A DNA stretch of 63,537 nt, filler included, from Choristocarpus tenellus KU-1152 (lineage: Eukaryota > Protista > Phaeophyceae): assembly GCA_964200185.2 (NCBI GenBank). It is 13 parts of 13 records of this genome, joined end to end, with 100 filler letters (N's around TTAATTAATTAA, not from the genome) between each part and the next. Parts side by side here need not be neighbours in the genome. Positions count along the whole stretch, not along the records: positions 11,932 to 18,160 come from CAXNAD020008630.1; positions 18,261 to 21,141 come from CAXNAD020023961.1; positions 21,242 to 24,052 come from CAXNAD020024552.1; positions 24,153 to 30,634 come from CAXNAD020008043.1; 9 more parts are not named here. One strand, written 5' to 3'. The notes below the pieces were generated by a model. That model saw only the letters and a list, made by a program, of their open reading frames with translations. It had not been told where the DNA came from and made no database searches. Position numbers and translations under genes: made by a program. Shown piece after piece: positions 13,521-27,199 of this stretch. Position 1 is the stretch's first letter. Each line of letters begins with the position of its first letter.

Positions 13521-14272
13521 TGTAGCAGTGTATCATACATCTTGCAAGTCTTGAAAACAGCTGATAGCGCACAGTATTTTCTCATCCATAAAAACATACA
13601 TTTCTGCCCCACGCCAATTTGATTGTTTGTATTTCACTTCATACATGGAGTTCAAGCATATCATGTGTTGCAATTAGATACTTTTAACACTGTATTGAAG
13701 GTGACTTTGGTGGTTACAAGAGTGCGTTTTCTCCGTGATAGCATCCATCCCTTTCCTTAGTAACACATAATTAAAGGTGAAGGTCTCCCCTGCGAACATA
13801 GAAGGTGGATAAAAGGTTATAAAGTGTTGATCATTAAACCTGGGATTTCGTTTCCCACCAAACGGCAATCAACCTGTTTATTCTACGGCTAATCGCGGAC
13901 GATAATTGAGTTAGGCAACCCTACATTAACAAGACATGCGAAAATGAAGACCTCACAACAAGTTCGGCTATACAATATATCCTTCGCTCAATCAAATCAA
14001 TCATCTAAACATACACAACCTTGTCATCTACCAAACATCCAAAACTGTAAGCCCACTTATATACAGGACAATACAGATACTACAGATACTACATTGAGGT
14101 ACGTTCCTTACCTTATGAAAAACTCAACATCATTTCATACTCAAAGCCGCAACACCAAGCCATTAACTTCATCCTTCAACCCCTTCACCCTACTTGCTTG
14201 ACTGGTTTATAAATGATGTCCAATTTTGAAGCCCTTTTAGAGATGATATGTTACATCCCCATATATATGATA

Positions 14273-14677
14273 TGTTACAGCACGCTCCAAAGCTTACCTC
14301 CACGGGATGTATAGCCCCAATCCACAGGCCTATAGATGGCGCCGATGCTCTTACAAGACTCCCAGGATACTCCGACAGTCAAAAGGTTCAACGAGGATGA
14401 TGAATATCAGGTCAGCAGATAAAGGTATACTTTCATTCAAAACAAGTGTACACCTCATAGACTAAAAGAAAGTGGCTTAGTGAAAGTCACTGACTGTCAT
14501 CCATTTTGAGTTTACAGACGCCGTAATACATCTGAAAACTACTTTAGTCTTAAGTAGCAGATCTTACCCTACAACTTTTAGCAAATCTGAGCTCCCCCTA
14601 TTGGGTTCCATGCGCGCTTACACTGCTCACACTGGTTAGAGCGCAGGAAGAAATACTTGCGTTATTCGCCTGTAACA
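14273..14677 (+). mobile_element. Solo-LTR-like element (TGTTACAG...CTGTAACA family)
   Basis: Perfect 8-bp inverted termini tgttacag/ctgtaaca; similar along its length to 12724-13150. Confidence 0.75.
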
Positions 14678-14985
14678 GAATATCAACTTCCTTATGGATC
14701 AACAATCTCTATTTTTTCTTTGATTTCAATCATACTCAAATTTCTATACCTTTCATTAGATTGTTGACAAAAATATAAATGTATGAATTGTACGCGTTCA
14801 TTGAAATGTAATTGCCCAAATATCAGATACAACTTTCTTGTCTCTGCAGGTGCCCTGGAGCAGAAAGTAGTATTTTTTATTTTTTTATCCTTCACTTTAC
14901 ATTTTTATCTATCCCGACCCTTGGTCAGAGCCACTACACACCGCACTGCTTCTCATACCAACTTCTGCGACTAAGTAATTTACTA

Positions 14986-17188
14986 CTACCGCCATGCCAT
15001 AAGTCTGTGCCGCGTTGTCCATAACTTTGAAGATGTTGATGAAATTTATTTCTAAAAGAAGATTTGGAATCCTTGACAAAATTATGGCTAGGTTCAGCTC
15101 TTTTTATTATTATTACTCCCCATCCATCACAATTTTTGCAGCCACAGAAAAAGCCTTCGTCTACCTTCAGCATGTTTTCAAGCTCACCAGACAACTGCCT
15201 CTTCCTTACCCTTGGGTTCTTCACACTGAAGTCATTCCCTCCTTTGTATCTAAGTACTTGATTGTACACCCCAAGAAGGAGCTGCCAAGCCCTCTCAAAC
15301 ATGGTTTCATCATGCTCCTCATACTGTTTCTTAATGACCTTCACCATCTCCTCAATGGACCCAAACCACTCCCCCATGACCCGGCATTTCAAAGACCTAA
15401 AGAAGCACAGACCCATGATATTGAGGTCGGGGGAGTCAGATGGCTGCGTTACAAGCCTAATCGACCACCCCTCAGTCTACCCTGCCCCTGACAAGATTTC
15501 TGAGTTGCCCTTGCCCGTGTGGGGGGTGGCACCATCTTCCTGAACGACTACGTGCTTCCCCTGTGACCAAGGCAGCTTGGTCTTGATTGCAGGCATTAAC
15601 TTCTCCGTGTACCACTTCCCTGTACCACAAATGGTCTCTAAAGTACAGTCCTGCCCATACACATCCCCCCTTTTTTTGGTTCTTGCTTGTCCTGTCTGCC
15701 GTTTTTGGCGCACACTCACGCCAAACACCAAACTTTCCATCTAAGCTGTGAGCCAAATCCAGGAGGGCGTTGGCTGCAATGATCATGATTTTGGGGATAT
15801 GACTCTTATGCTGCACAGTAGGGGGGGCCCTGGAAGGTCGCTATCATCCTCATACGGAAATACCCTAACCCTTTCCACATCGGCCGTCACGTAAAACCAG
15901 GTTTCATCCACATGGATCGTGTTTGCCATGGAAGCGTATATGTTAAAGGCGAATAGTGCGAGCATTTCTTTCTGTGTGCCAAAATGCGCGAACAGTATAC
16001 ATACGTAAGAATTCATGTAAGAGGAACTTTGAATTGATAGAAGATGCAGAGTAAGATTCGAAACGCATACATAGTCTTACAGAATAGATGTCAATTCCTG
16101 GAAGTTGCAGAATAAAGACTGATCATTGGAATATTTACACAGCAGTTTGCAGACTTCTTTTAACTCTTTGGCTGTAGAAAAATGGTGAATGACGTTAATA
16201 AATGGCTGAGTGCTGATGACCACAAGCTCAGTTCTTTTGATGCTACCTCTATTGATAAAGCGAAAAGCGAGACATTGACCGAGCGAGCATCAACTGACAC
16301 CGAACGTGGTCATCATCTGTGGACCCCCACGTAGCGTCGTTTTAAGGTTGTTGGATTTGAGTTGCATATCCTGTGGAGGTGAGTTCTGAGGGGCACGCTG
16401 TCACATGGAGGTCCTACCGAGACTTCCACCCTGTAACATAAACACCACATTTTCGGTCTACTTGATGGCAAACAAAGTCCATTCTCCATACCCTTTGCCA
16501 CGATTTAAGCTTGGCTTTGATCCAGCGGCAATTCGGCATGGCCCCCATATAATCCAACCATCTGTTTATGGTGTTTGTGCTATAATTCAGCCCTTTGGAG
16601 GCCATCTTCGTTGTCACCTGATGCACTGTGGACAACTGATTATTGGAGTTGATACTATGTATTGCGACCATCTTGGTCAGTGTGAGCTCCGAAGGCCGCC
16701 CACTACGTGCCGCCACCCCTAGGTCAAGCGTGTGGCCACGGGTGATCTGATCGGCGACATCCTCCCAGAGCCCTTGCATGTAACGCTTGGACACTCCAAA
16801 CTCTGCTGCGAGGGCCGGCCCAACATGTCGCGATAGTTAATGCTCACCAGGGATCATAGCAAGGGTGTGCCACACTGCAAGCGCAACCCTGGTATTCAAG
16901 GACACTTGGGCACCCTTCCTACGCGGGGGGGTCGACGAGGGGGTTGCCATGGCGACGTTCTGACCCTCGACGTGCCCAGTTCTGGCCTCAAAAATCACAC
17001 CAAAAAGACCCCTACTTTGACGGCTTGAAGCACCACGAGTTTGCACCTGATGATCCTCGACCCTCACCTTATCTGAAAGCTGAAATGATCAACCCGATTT
17101 CATTCTGTGGGATTGTCGTCGGATTCGGCGCCTTTCTCGCTCGGCGAGCCCAGATGTTTCACGGGACAAACTTATGGCACAGAGGTAG
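14986..17188 (-). mobile_element. Full-length decayed Tc1/mariner element of the plant-type (DD39D-like) group; transposase pseudogene
   Basis: TA TSD on both sides; ~29-bp imperfect Stowaway-like TIRs (ctaccgccatgccataagtctgtgccgcg vs ctacctctgtgccataagtttgtcccgtg); motifs IHVDETWFY, HIPKIM, VVVQEDGATPH, QPSDSPDLNIMGLCFFRSL; stops and frameshifts present. Confidence 0.93.
15941..16438 (-). mobile_element. Solo-LTR-like element inserted into the mariner transposase, TSD TATA/TAAA
   Basis: Family termini present; removing the insert plus 4 bp restores DRKCGV-YASMANTIHVDETW. Confidence 0.78.
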
Positions 17189-17199
17189 TACAATAACTG

Positions 17200-17430
17200 A
17201 CTCTACTGTCTCCATTTGAGCCTTCTTCTGTGTTAGGTCTTGGCCGTCTCTTCGACTCTTCATCTTGCCACCTCATTCGTCGTCCGGGATTTTTGTGGTG
17301 TAGAGATGGGTCATGGTAGGATAGTACAGGACAGCAATATTTTAATCTGTTATGATTGCCATGAGGATTCGACAATCGAAACCAGATTTCCATGAAAAGA
17401 AGTCTGGTGTCGATGGGGTTTGAACTCCTG
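17200..17430 (-). repeat. Dispersed repeat with a B-box-like head (candidate SINE); second copy at 39225-39490
   Basis: gagttcaaaccccatcgacacc and the downstream body align loosely with ggttcgaatcccgtcaacgcc... at 39490. Confidence 0.45.
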
Positions 17431-18260
17431 TTGTTCAAGTTGAAAACAATTCCTATATTTACAGAGTCCAAAACAATTATTTATAAAATTCTAAACATTA
17501 ATATTTACAGCAAGCCTCAGTAGTTCAGTTGATCAGAGCGTATGACTGAAGCTCGTATGGCCATGTGTTCATGTGTTTGACTCGCGTTCGAAGCATATTT
17601 TGTTGTTGCACGTCTTGAACTGGTTGTCCTTAAGTATTGTATCTTTTGCGGTGATGTCGACAAAATGTTCTGAGGGAAAATAATATAATTAACGGTAGTA
17701 GTAACTACTAGTAGTAACAAAATGTCACAAGTGTGAAAGTGTTAAAGGTGCGAAGTTCTCTGCTCAAGGGGGCAATCACAATCACTGGAATGAAAACTCC
17801 TTCACCTCAGAGGGTGGACCGAGTTTCAAGGTCTTGGCTCTAATCTCATAACAGATCAGTAAATCCAGAACAGACAACCCTTTCAGAACACGACAGATGT
17901 ACCAGAATGACTGAGCAACGTCACAGCAAAGAAATGGGATTTGTCAGAATCGGAATGGTTCTTCGTTCTGAGGATCCATTTTGGCTGTTTGGTCAAATCC
18001 GGATCTCATGGGTGTGACTGTTTCTTTGGACTGGTCGGTATGGATGAGCTTAAATGAGGTGTTTGGCACGCGCAATTGATTCTGTGTGTGTCGGAGATCC
18101 CAAAAAAGGAACCTGTACCTGACATTGCGGCCCGCCCCCAACGCGGGTCCACTCGCCCCGNNNNNNNNNNNNNNNNNNNNNNNNNNNNNNNNNNNNNNNN
18201 NNNNTTAATTAATTAANNNNNNNNNNNNNNNNNNNNNNNNNNNNNNNNNNNNNNNNNNNN

Positions 18261-18349
18261 GATAATGTAAGTGCACACCTTTCCTGGTTATAGGCCAGAT
18301 GGACACCCTGGTGTAGACACACACACACACACCCCAGATACTTTGAGTC
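18261..18349. mobile_element. MITE family B partial copy at a contig edge; further contig-edge fragments at 30567-30634, 41941-41965, 46295-46316, 52799-52851, 55657-55679
   Basis: GG(G/C)TCAAAGTATCT followed by a G-run (or its complement) at each site. Confidence 0.8.
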
Positions 18350-18447
18350 AAGCATTCGCAGGTAAGCCTGCATCTCTCCACTATAATATGGACAACACAC
18401 ACTGGTCTTCCCCCTCCCATAAATATAATTACAGGAGTGTAGAGCAG

Positions 18448-19832
18448 GCTATGGCTGGTGCCAACGTGGCGGGAAGTCCATTCCGCCTTTGGGTCTCACC
18501 TGGACGAGCCACAGCTAACTCATCGTTGGCATATGGACCAGGTCTCCTTGCCACCTCCGCTGGGGGAGGTAGAGGAAGTTCCTTCACTGTCAGGTTTGCA
18601 GCGCCAAGCTTGCCCCTGGTGTTTAGAGGTCTTCTGTTTCTTCCACATTCTTCTCAAGGATCTTTTCGGTGATTCAAGGGATTCTTCATTGGATTATCAG
18701 ACTGGATTGATAAGTAGTGGGTTTAGTATGTTGCTTTAGCTATGCTGCTCGCTTTTGATGTCTGTTCATCCTACAATTTCTAGAAGGGGGTGGTGGTAAA
18801 TTAGTGAAATTGGTTAACCTGGAGGCTTGGACTATTCTCCAGAGTCATACTGCAGTATGGATTGGGATTCGGTTAAGATGTAGGCTAGGTCATTAGGTTA
18901 ATGCACTGAGAGGTGACTGTGCATTTATTATGGTGAGCCAAAGCAATTGAGAGATTGGCAGGTTTGGACCCTTTTACATTCTAAGCCATCGTCCTTACCC
19001 TGTGCAGCACACTCTACTCCATTGCTTATGTGCATAATAGTGTACGCAAAATTGATATTTCCCCCTTTCCGCATACAAAGTGACACCAAACTTCAGCAAT
19101 ATTGCTTCCGCAATTGTACAACATGGTGTCTTCTTGCCCTTTCTTGGGATCCTTAAAATGAAACCCTGCCTACCTCTCAAAATTTAAGCTCTAGTTAGTG
19201 CCGCTTCGAGACTGACATTGTTGGAGGTTGCTATGATGGATTCATCTTTCGAGGTATGGTACTGTAGTAGTAGAGCTATGGATAAATATTGAGTGAACAC
19301 ATTGGATTTCTTGTTGTCACTGGATTGGGGCAAGTCTAGAATGATATGTACTTCCCATTTCTCACCTGAGATTCAACGTATTTGTGGAGTTTGTGTCGAT
19401 TGAGACTGTTCACCTTGACTATCACCACTATTTTTTCTTAGTTTAGGGCAGGGGAACTGTGTAGTTGGAGGTGTGACTTCAGAGGCCCCACAGAGGATTA
19501 CAACAGAAGACGAATTGATCTTCCAGATGGTATAAATTTGCAATCTTGTCTTCGGATATAGTTGAAACTTTGCCAGCATTGATTTCATCCCATCATTCCG
19601 CCCCACCCCTCCCGATAACTTGTCTCTACTCCTCCTTCCGCCGAACTCTGTCAGAGCAAGAGACATAACAGGAAATAGAGTTTCTTCAGGGGCGACAGGG
19701 GATGTGTCAGTATCCCTTGTGGCAGCACCAGGGTCAAGAGTGCCAACTGTGAAGGGTTCAGCGGTCTATACCGTACAGGGAGAGTACACGGCTTCTTACA
19801 ATGCCTCCATCTCAGGAGACTATTCACTACAT
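18448..19832 (+). CDS. Two internal exons (~18448-18593, 19655-19832) of a filamin/ABP280-repeat protein
   Basis: Spliced product VAGSPFRLWVSPG...SSLAYGPGL...SSFTVRARDITGN...GEYTASYNASISGDYSLH is a typical filamin Ig-repeat pattern; the GT/AG junction is in frame. Confidence 0.82.
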
Positions 19833-20227
19833 GTGAGTCTCAGGACCAAGGAAGTGGCCCATAGGGAAGAGAGGGATATCACTAAGGGATAGCTTATGGT
19901 TGGGCCCCTCTCGGCAATATTCCTGCAAACTGTGCATAATCGACCCCAAGTTCTTTTCACGCGAGTAGTTGGAAAGATAAAAATCAGAAATATAACAAAT
20001 TATGTGCAAGTTTGGATAGGAACTATGATGAGGATAGCTGGAGTACTATGATGATAATAGTTGGAGTGAGTCAAGGCACTCCTTTGAGAGTAGACTTTGT
20101 CTTCTGTCAGTACCAGCCAGTGGAGAGCAATAGGTTGTCTCATACGGTGCTCCAGGTTAAGATGACAACTCAAGACGTAAGCAGAGAATTTTCCTTACTA
20201 GGCACAAGGTAAAATCTTTTGGTCACT

Positions 20228-20612
20228 GAGTGAAAGTATATTAGAGGATACGAGTTTTGCCCTGTTTGTCCATTTGGGGCTTGGCTTTCCACGGGTTTTT
20301 GATGACATTTACCTCTTCCGGACACATCTTTTCATAACGTATACATTTTACCTACTCCTAAACATTTTGGAGTAGGAAAGTGTCAGAAAAATACCCATGG
20401 GAAGCCAAGCCCCAAATGGATATATTGGGTAAAACTCGTGCCCTCTAAGATACTTTCACTCTAATCCAAAATATTTCGGAGTAGGTCAAATATCTGGAAC
20501 AAGGATATCGATACTTCCTAACAAACACGATAGCCAATATTACATCAAAATATCAATATTGGATTTTAGTCACCAAATGGACGCAGCTCTACCCTCTGAG
20601 ACACTTTGACTC
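20228..20612. mobile_element. MITE family A, rearranged copy with three termini, TSD ACT
   Basis: Outer TIRs at 20228 and 20612 are flanked by act; an internal inverted half-copy ends at ~20461. Confidence 0.85.
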
Positions 20613-23600
20613 ACTCAAACATGAAGATAAAGTAGGTGGATCTGAGGTTTAACCAGATACTTTGCGAATCTCCCCCCTACAGACTCCCTAGTATCACCAT
20701 CACACACAAGTTCACTCTTTTCAGCATTTCATGCCTATCATCAACCACAACTCCCATAATGCCCTGCCGAAATACACCATCTAGGTCAAGCTCTGGGGAG
20801 AGGCAATTGCAGGAAGCCCTTTCCCACTGCAAGTATATCCAGGCCCTGCCTCGGCCTTGACTTCCTCTTGCAGCAACTGTGTAGAGCTTCTCACGGATGG
20901 AAATTTTTCTGCTAACTACACACGGATTCTCCACCTTTATGCAAGGTAGGACAAAGGATACATAGGAAGGGCGGGTGGGGTGTTGCTTAAGGAGGGATGC
21001 ATGTGAGAAAAGAAACTCAGTGGGTGAAAAAACTCTGTCATAGGGGGGTGGGGGGGGGGGGGGGGGGGGAGGAAACCGCCAAATGGGAAAAGGGGGCGAG
21101 GGGGGGGGGGGGGGGGGGGGCACGGTGTGTTTTTCCAAAAANNNNNNNNNNNNNNNNNNNNNNNNNNNNNNNNNNNNNNNNNNNNTTAATTAATTAANNN
21201 NNNNNNNNNNNNNNNNNNNNNNNNNNNNNNNNNNNNNNNNNGGGGGGGGGGGAAGGGTTGTGAAGGGAAAAACAAGAGTTGAGAAATGTAATTTTAAGAA
21301 GGGATTGATGGGAGGATATTTAGTAGAATCGTTTTTTATTTTTTTGCGACCTGTTGGAGTGAAAGTAGTAATACTGCTACTGCTAATTAATATTGTATAT
21401 GATTAATATTTTGATGTTACTTTTTAGAGAAAGTAGTACTTTAATATTTCACTTTTTTTTTATGGTGAACGGGCGTGGCGTATGGTTTTAGGGTTAGGGT
21501 TTTCTTTTGTAGTTGTTCCTATTTTGGTGTGTGAGTTTGGGGCTGGAGTTGTGTTTTGGAGGGTGTACCTGGGGCTGACATTGTTCTGTAAAGTAATATG
21601 GACATTATTGTGTTGTAGGTAGATAGCCGATACGCCTCCTTATTCTTGTGGTGTTGGGTTGCCTCTTTCTGATGAAACAGTTAATATATTATTATTATTA
21701 TTGTTAATATTATTATTACTAGGGTGTTTGTGCAAAATGAAATTCACTATAAAAAAAAGTCTTACATATATACATAGTAGTTCTAATAATACTCTATGGT
21801 GGGGTAATAGATAAGGTTTTTCAAGAGTGAATTTCGTTTTGAACAAACACCCTATTATTTTTATTACTATTACATCAATATTATTTTATTATTGTCATGT
21901 GCGAAGAAATTGTTATTGTTTTCCAAGGACTGAAATTCTTAGTAGTAGTACTCTCTTGCAGAAATGGTCAGTGGACATAATGAGGTATACCCTGGTGGTT
22001 TGGTGTTGTGGAACAGGAAAAGGTACAATGCTGTCTATATCTTTTTGAAAGGCGATTGGGGTCGCCTTTGTGGTGTGAGTATGTTTTGATTGGGGCAAGA
22101 CCTAGCTATAATATAGTAAAATAAAACATCACGGAAATTATCCTCTCTATTTTCCTTTTCTATTGGAAATCAATTTAAAAATAAATAAATCAATCGATGC
22201 GATGCCTTTTTTTAATTTCAAACACTAAGAAAATAAAATTGTAAGAGTGTGATGCGCACACAGAGTTTTTCGGGGGGGAAGGGGGTTTACGACTGCCTTC
22301 ATCAGCATTTTTTTAGATCAGTTTTTCTTTGTTATATTTGTAGTAAATTTTAAAAAAATGTTTGAAAATTGGTACAAGAACTTTACTTGCGGGTCAGTCA
22401 GACCTTAAACCTGTTTTTGATTGCCCCAATCACACGTTGATGTTTTATCTCAAGTAGTATGGTGTATGATGAGGTGGTTAAGGTTGTAGAAATATGGCTG
22501 TTAGATCCTAAGGCGGGGATGCGATTTTTTTTTGTTGTTGGTAATTTAAATTATTACAATCGGAGGTCGATTTATTTCTTTTTCAGTATGTGATTGATTG
22601 ATAGTGAGTTGTGCGAATGAAGACTTCGGGTTTTGGATTACGCCAGGCTTAGTTAGGGAGGACAGAATCTAAGATTCAATTTGATTTACTAATCTTGTTG
22701 GTGTGTAATATCTAACTTGTGTTTCTTCTTTTTAAAGGATTTGTAGCACGTAATATAAGTAGGATTGGGGTTTCATAAAAAGAAGAGGGCGGCCTCGTTG
22801 TCTGGTTGTTCTCGGATGAAAAATATGTGTATATATATATATACATATATCAATAATATGTTGAGAAAAGGATTACATGAAAGCTTTTGTGTTTGCTGTG
22901 AATTGATTTGTGTTGTTCTGTTGTTGACAACGACTTGCTGCGATGTGTTTATTTTTATATTTTATGTTGTTGTGACGATCACTGAATAAAAAATAAATTG
23001 TATAGAGATTGCTGGGAATTATCTCTCAGACACACGTTGGTGTACGGGCAAGTGGTCAATGTATTACGTGTTTGATGATGAGGACATAAATATAATATTG
23101 TTGTTATTATTTTTAGTAGTGTACCTTGCCGTTATGGAGATCAATGCATTACATGTTTGACAATGAGGACATAAAATATAATAATAAGATTAATAGTAAC
23201 ACAATAATGTTGTTTTTTAGATAAGAGTACTGTGCCATGTATGGAGATTACACAATGAAGGAGTCAGTGCACGAATTGAAAGTGTAAGTTGTATGTATAG
23301 TGTAGACCAAGTTCATGGGAAGTGGGTAAAGCCATGAGCTACACTACGAGTACATAGCCTGGGAGAGGGGGGACCTCACTGGAGGCAGAAGGTGCAGTTA
23401 AGGTGGAGTTGGGGGGGAGCAGACGTTTTTGAAGTCCAAGTAAGAGCCGTTCCTCTTTCCCTCCTAAGACAGTTATGTGAAGGCGGTATCTATCTATGTC
23501 TACTTTCGTACTAAATTTTTTATATTTCTTGCCTCTACTCAAAACAGGGCGGGGCGGGGGGGAGGGGTGACTGCAGACTTGTAGTGGTAAACTCCAAGGG

Positions 23601-24784
23601 AAAAATCGGTGGTTGGGTTTAACTTTGAAGGCATTATCCGTTCGTATGTTTTACTTTTTTTATTGTAATAATTTTTCCTTCCGAACTCCTTTTGTACCAA
23701 ATGGAGGTGGGGGGGGGGGGAGATTTTCATAGTGAGTGGTATGGCGTTATGGTTAAGGTGCAAGCCATGGGAGGGTAAAATGCATTGCATGGCTCTTGCA
23801 GGGTAGGTGGAGTACTGTGATAGGGACTGTTGGGTGAGGTTAAGATGCGTGGTATACTCTGGATGTCATAGTGGTACACATTTGGGTGGTTCCTCGGATT
23901 CAGTAGATGAAGTGTGACAAAGCAGCAAGGCAATGAGTAAAGAGACATGAAAGAAAATAGAAGTTGAGGGGAGTGTTTTAGCTATCGTAGTTCAGAAAAA
24001 TACACACCATTTTTCGTCTGGGGGGTGAAGGGCGGGGTGTATGGGCCCTGGGNNNNNNNNNNNNNNNNNNNNNNNNNNNNNNNNNNNNNNNNNNNNTTAA
24101 TTAATTAANNNNNNNNNNNNNNNNNNNNNNNNNNNNNNNNNNNNNNNNNNNNATGCCACTAAATCCCGAGACAACTCTCTTTGCTTTCCCACCCCACCCC
24201 ACCCCCTTTTTCACCCACGACTCCCCCCCCCCCCCCCCCCTCCCCAATCACACCCCTAAACACACGCCCTGTTAGGGCCAGGGAAGATAACGAGAGACAC
24301 CCTCACACCCAAAAGAAAATCTTTACATATACCACAGGTAGGTTTGCACAGGTGAAACCACTACAGAACCAGCAAGAATCCTGCCACTCAAGCATCACAG
24401 CAGAAACAGGTAGATGTATTCCCTGACAACAATGGATGTATTCCCTGACAACAATGGATGGCGAGGTGCGCCGTCCTGTTTTCCCTCTGTTCTGGCAAGA
24501 ACATGACGGCAGTGCCACTTCCACCGATCTCCATCTCCCTTTCCTATCCCCATTCTTCCCATTCATAGAATTCACAGAGATCCCAACATTCCAAAACCCA
24601 TACACATACCACACCAACACTGTCACGACTACTGGAACAGACCAGACCAGACCAGACCAGATATCAAGGTTTTTTCTTCAATGGAACCTCATCAAGAGCA
24701 TTCACCTTAAAGTCCACCACACCTCCATCCTCTATTCTCCATCCCCCTCCCACTGTGATCACCAACCGCTAACACAAAGCTGCC

Positions 24785-27199
24785 TCACGCCATTTCTACA
24801 CTATTGCACAGAAGACTCTCTACACTCCTCCTCCGCTTGAAAGCAGGAGCCTCTAGCCTGGGGAGATTCTCAGCGTATTGAGCAAACTGAGTGAGTGCAG
24901 GGGAAGAAATAGATCTGATTCCTCGTTTTGTGGCAAGCATTGGGTGGGCAGGTGGGAGCTCCATAGATGTCCTCTCCCTCGTTGGCACCTCATCCTGCAC
25001 AACCAAGTATTGCAGCAAGTGGCAGAAGTAGGCAGATGATTATTAAATAGTATACAAAACAAACATACAAAATGGCCCCAGTCTTGATATGTACTTCTCC
25101 AAGATGTATCACATTTGCATTCTCATGCTCACAAAAAATACCAAAATATTTCTATACTGGAAAACTGCACAAAGGAAGCACACCTTGATACGTATTTATT
25201 GGTCACATTTTGAGTGGTAAATTTTTCTGGCAAACAAGACACCAGAAATTACCACAATAAATTTCATACAGAGCTCCTGCATAGCCTTTCGTCTTCTTAT
25301 TTAAGTTGGAGCTAATACATAATCATGCTCAACATGTAGAAGCAGCAACTCCAATATCGCACCTTATTTTCCATCTCTTCTGAAGCAGTTTGAACCTTTT
25401 CATGCACCGAGCGGAAGAAATCCAACAGCAAACCCCCCGCGTCCTGATCCGATATTTCAGAACTTTCAGGGATTGGTCGTGGCTGATTGTGAAGGGGCCC
25501 AGACCTACTACGCCTTGTTGGTGCAGAGGAGCCCAACATACATCCAGTGGAGAAAGATTTTGTCTGTGATGAGGTAGGGTATGGTCCCATTCCATCAGTA
25601 TTCGGCACACCTTGACGGTAATCTGGTGCCCCGTGACGTTTGGAAGGCTGGTGTTTCCCCTTGCTACAAGATTGTTGTTGAGAGTGCCTGAACCCCCTAC
25701 CGCCTCTAGAGTGAACGGCGTGAGAGTGGTGGTTGCGGTGGGTGTGATACTGTTGGTAATTGAAGTCAGTTGAATCTTCATGCCCATACTCTGATGACAC
25801 ATTGTATGCACAGGTAGTGAAGCGACAAGTGCCTCGGGCATGTATGTCCCCCCCGCCCCCTGTGTAGCCCATGGGGCCTGAGCTTATGTCATCATGCGAG
25901 GAAGTGCTTGATGTAGGGCTCTGATCCATGAGATCGTATTGCCCATAACCCCCCTCTTGACTATCACGGTCCCAGGAATTGGAAGGAGAGCCCTCTGGAT
26001 GCGGTGCAGAGTCATCGTAGACGGAGTGTGGGCCATGTTTTGTTGGAGATGGGGATCTTGACACTTGACGCCTCGTTGTTGTCCCCTCAAGTGCCTGGGA
26101 CCTCCCTGTCGACCCCTCCCCACTAACCGACGTATCTTCAAGAGGTACTATACCCACATTGACTGCTGCCTGCGCCGTAGAACGTCGCGTTTTAGGGCTA
26201 ATGGCGTTGGCGGCGGCCACTGCAGTAGGGTTAGATTTGGACGTGGTTCGTACTGGTTTCATACTGTCCAGTCGAGCGTGGAACTTGCGTGCCATGTCAT
26301 CTAGCTCACGGCGACTGCGTTGTGACTCGGACAGATTCTCAGGTGTTCGCTCTGCTGTCTGGAAGACCCTCTTGCCGATGCAAGCAGCTCCCGCAAACTT
26401 CTTGGTGATGCGCATAGGGTCACTAATGATGACGGTCACAATGGGATAGCGATGACGTGTTGTATTGCAGGGTCAGTTGAATGGGGCAGAAGATGAAATG
26501 GGATAGCACTCTTGAGAAGGATTCATCACGGGTGAAGGGTTGACGCAGAGTGATAGAACTTCAGGTGTACTTGTTCATGATTGAAGGGTGGATTTTGTTG
26601 TTCCTTCAGAACGAACAAAGTTGAAGTCCTATGAACAGAAGTACTACGTAGTACTCCGGTAGATGTGACCATTAGCACATGAAAAGCGAAAAACATACAC
26701 TGGAGCATGCTGTGCTTTGGGCAGCGAGAACTTCAACTACCAACTCTAGCCGTGAAAAATGTTCTTTATCAGTTGCTCACCAGTTCAACTTCTCGCTGAG
26801 GTACGATCGGAGGGTTGTACCGGGGGCCAGAGGGAGCAATCCCCTCGTGAAGTCGTTGATGATACGGGTAGTGTACTTCTCCTCCTCTGGGGTCCATTTT
26901 CCTTTCCTGACAGGGCCCTTAGGATCGAGTGCTAAAGAACGTGGGGGCGGTGGAGCCACTAATGGCTCGTCTTCCACCCTCCATGAATCCGACGAAGATT
27001 CCATGTTACAATTGTCCTCCTTCATGGCAGCCGGTTTCACCCCAGTATCTACTGAATTACCAGCACTGCGGGAGCAACCGTTATCGTCCTCAGGAACGCC
27101 AACGTCGCCAGGACCGTATGACCCAAACGTTGGGGTTCCCCTCTGAAAAAATTCGGAGACGACCTCTTGGTTCTGATGGACAGAAAGTGCTGGCGACAT
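24785..27199 (-). CDS. Stramenopile-type Myb/SANT-like domain protein (putative transcription factor); exons 27199-26781, 26422-25363, 24994-24785
   Basis: Splicing rebuilds RKGKWTPEEEKYTTRIINDFTRGLLPLAPGTTLRSYLSEKLNC-DPMRITKKFAGAACIGKRVF, a motif I recognise from diatom, oomycete and brown-algal proteins; canonical GT/AG sites, all in frame. Confidence 0.88.

Noticed and set aside
24413-24460. 22-bp tandem duplication (similar short duplications at ~40975-41060 and ~55613-55655)
   Set aside because: Two or three local copies only; ordinary slippage duplications.
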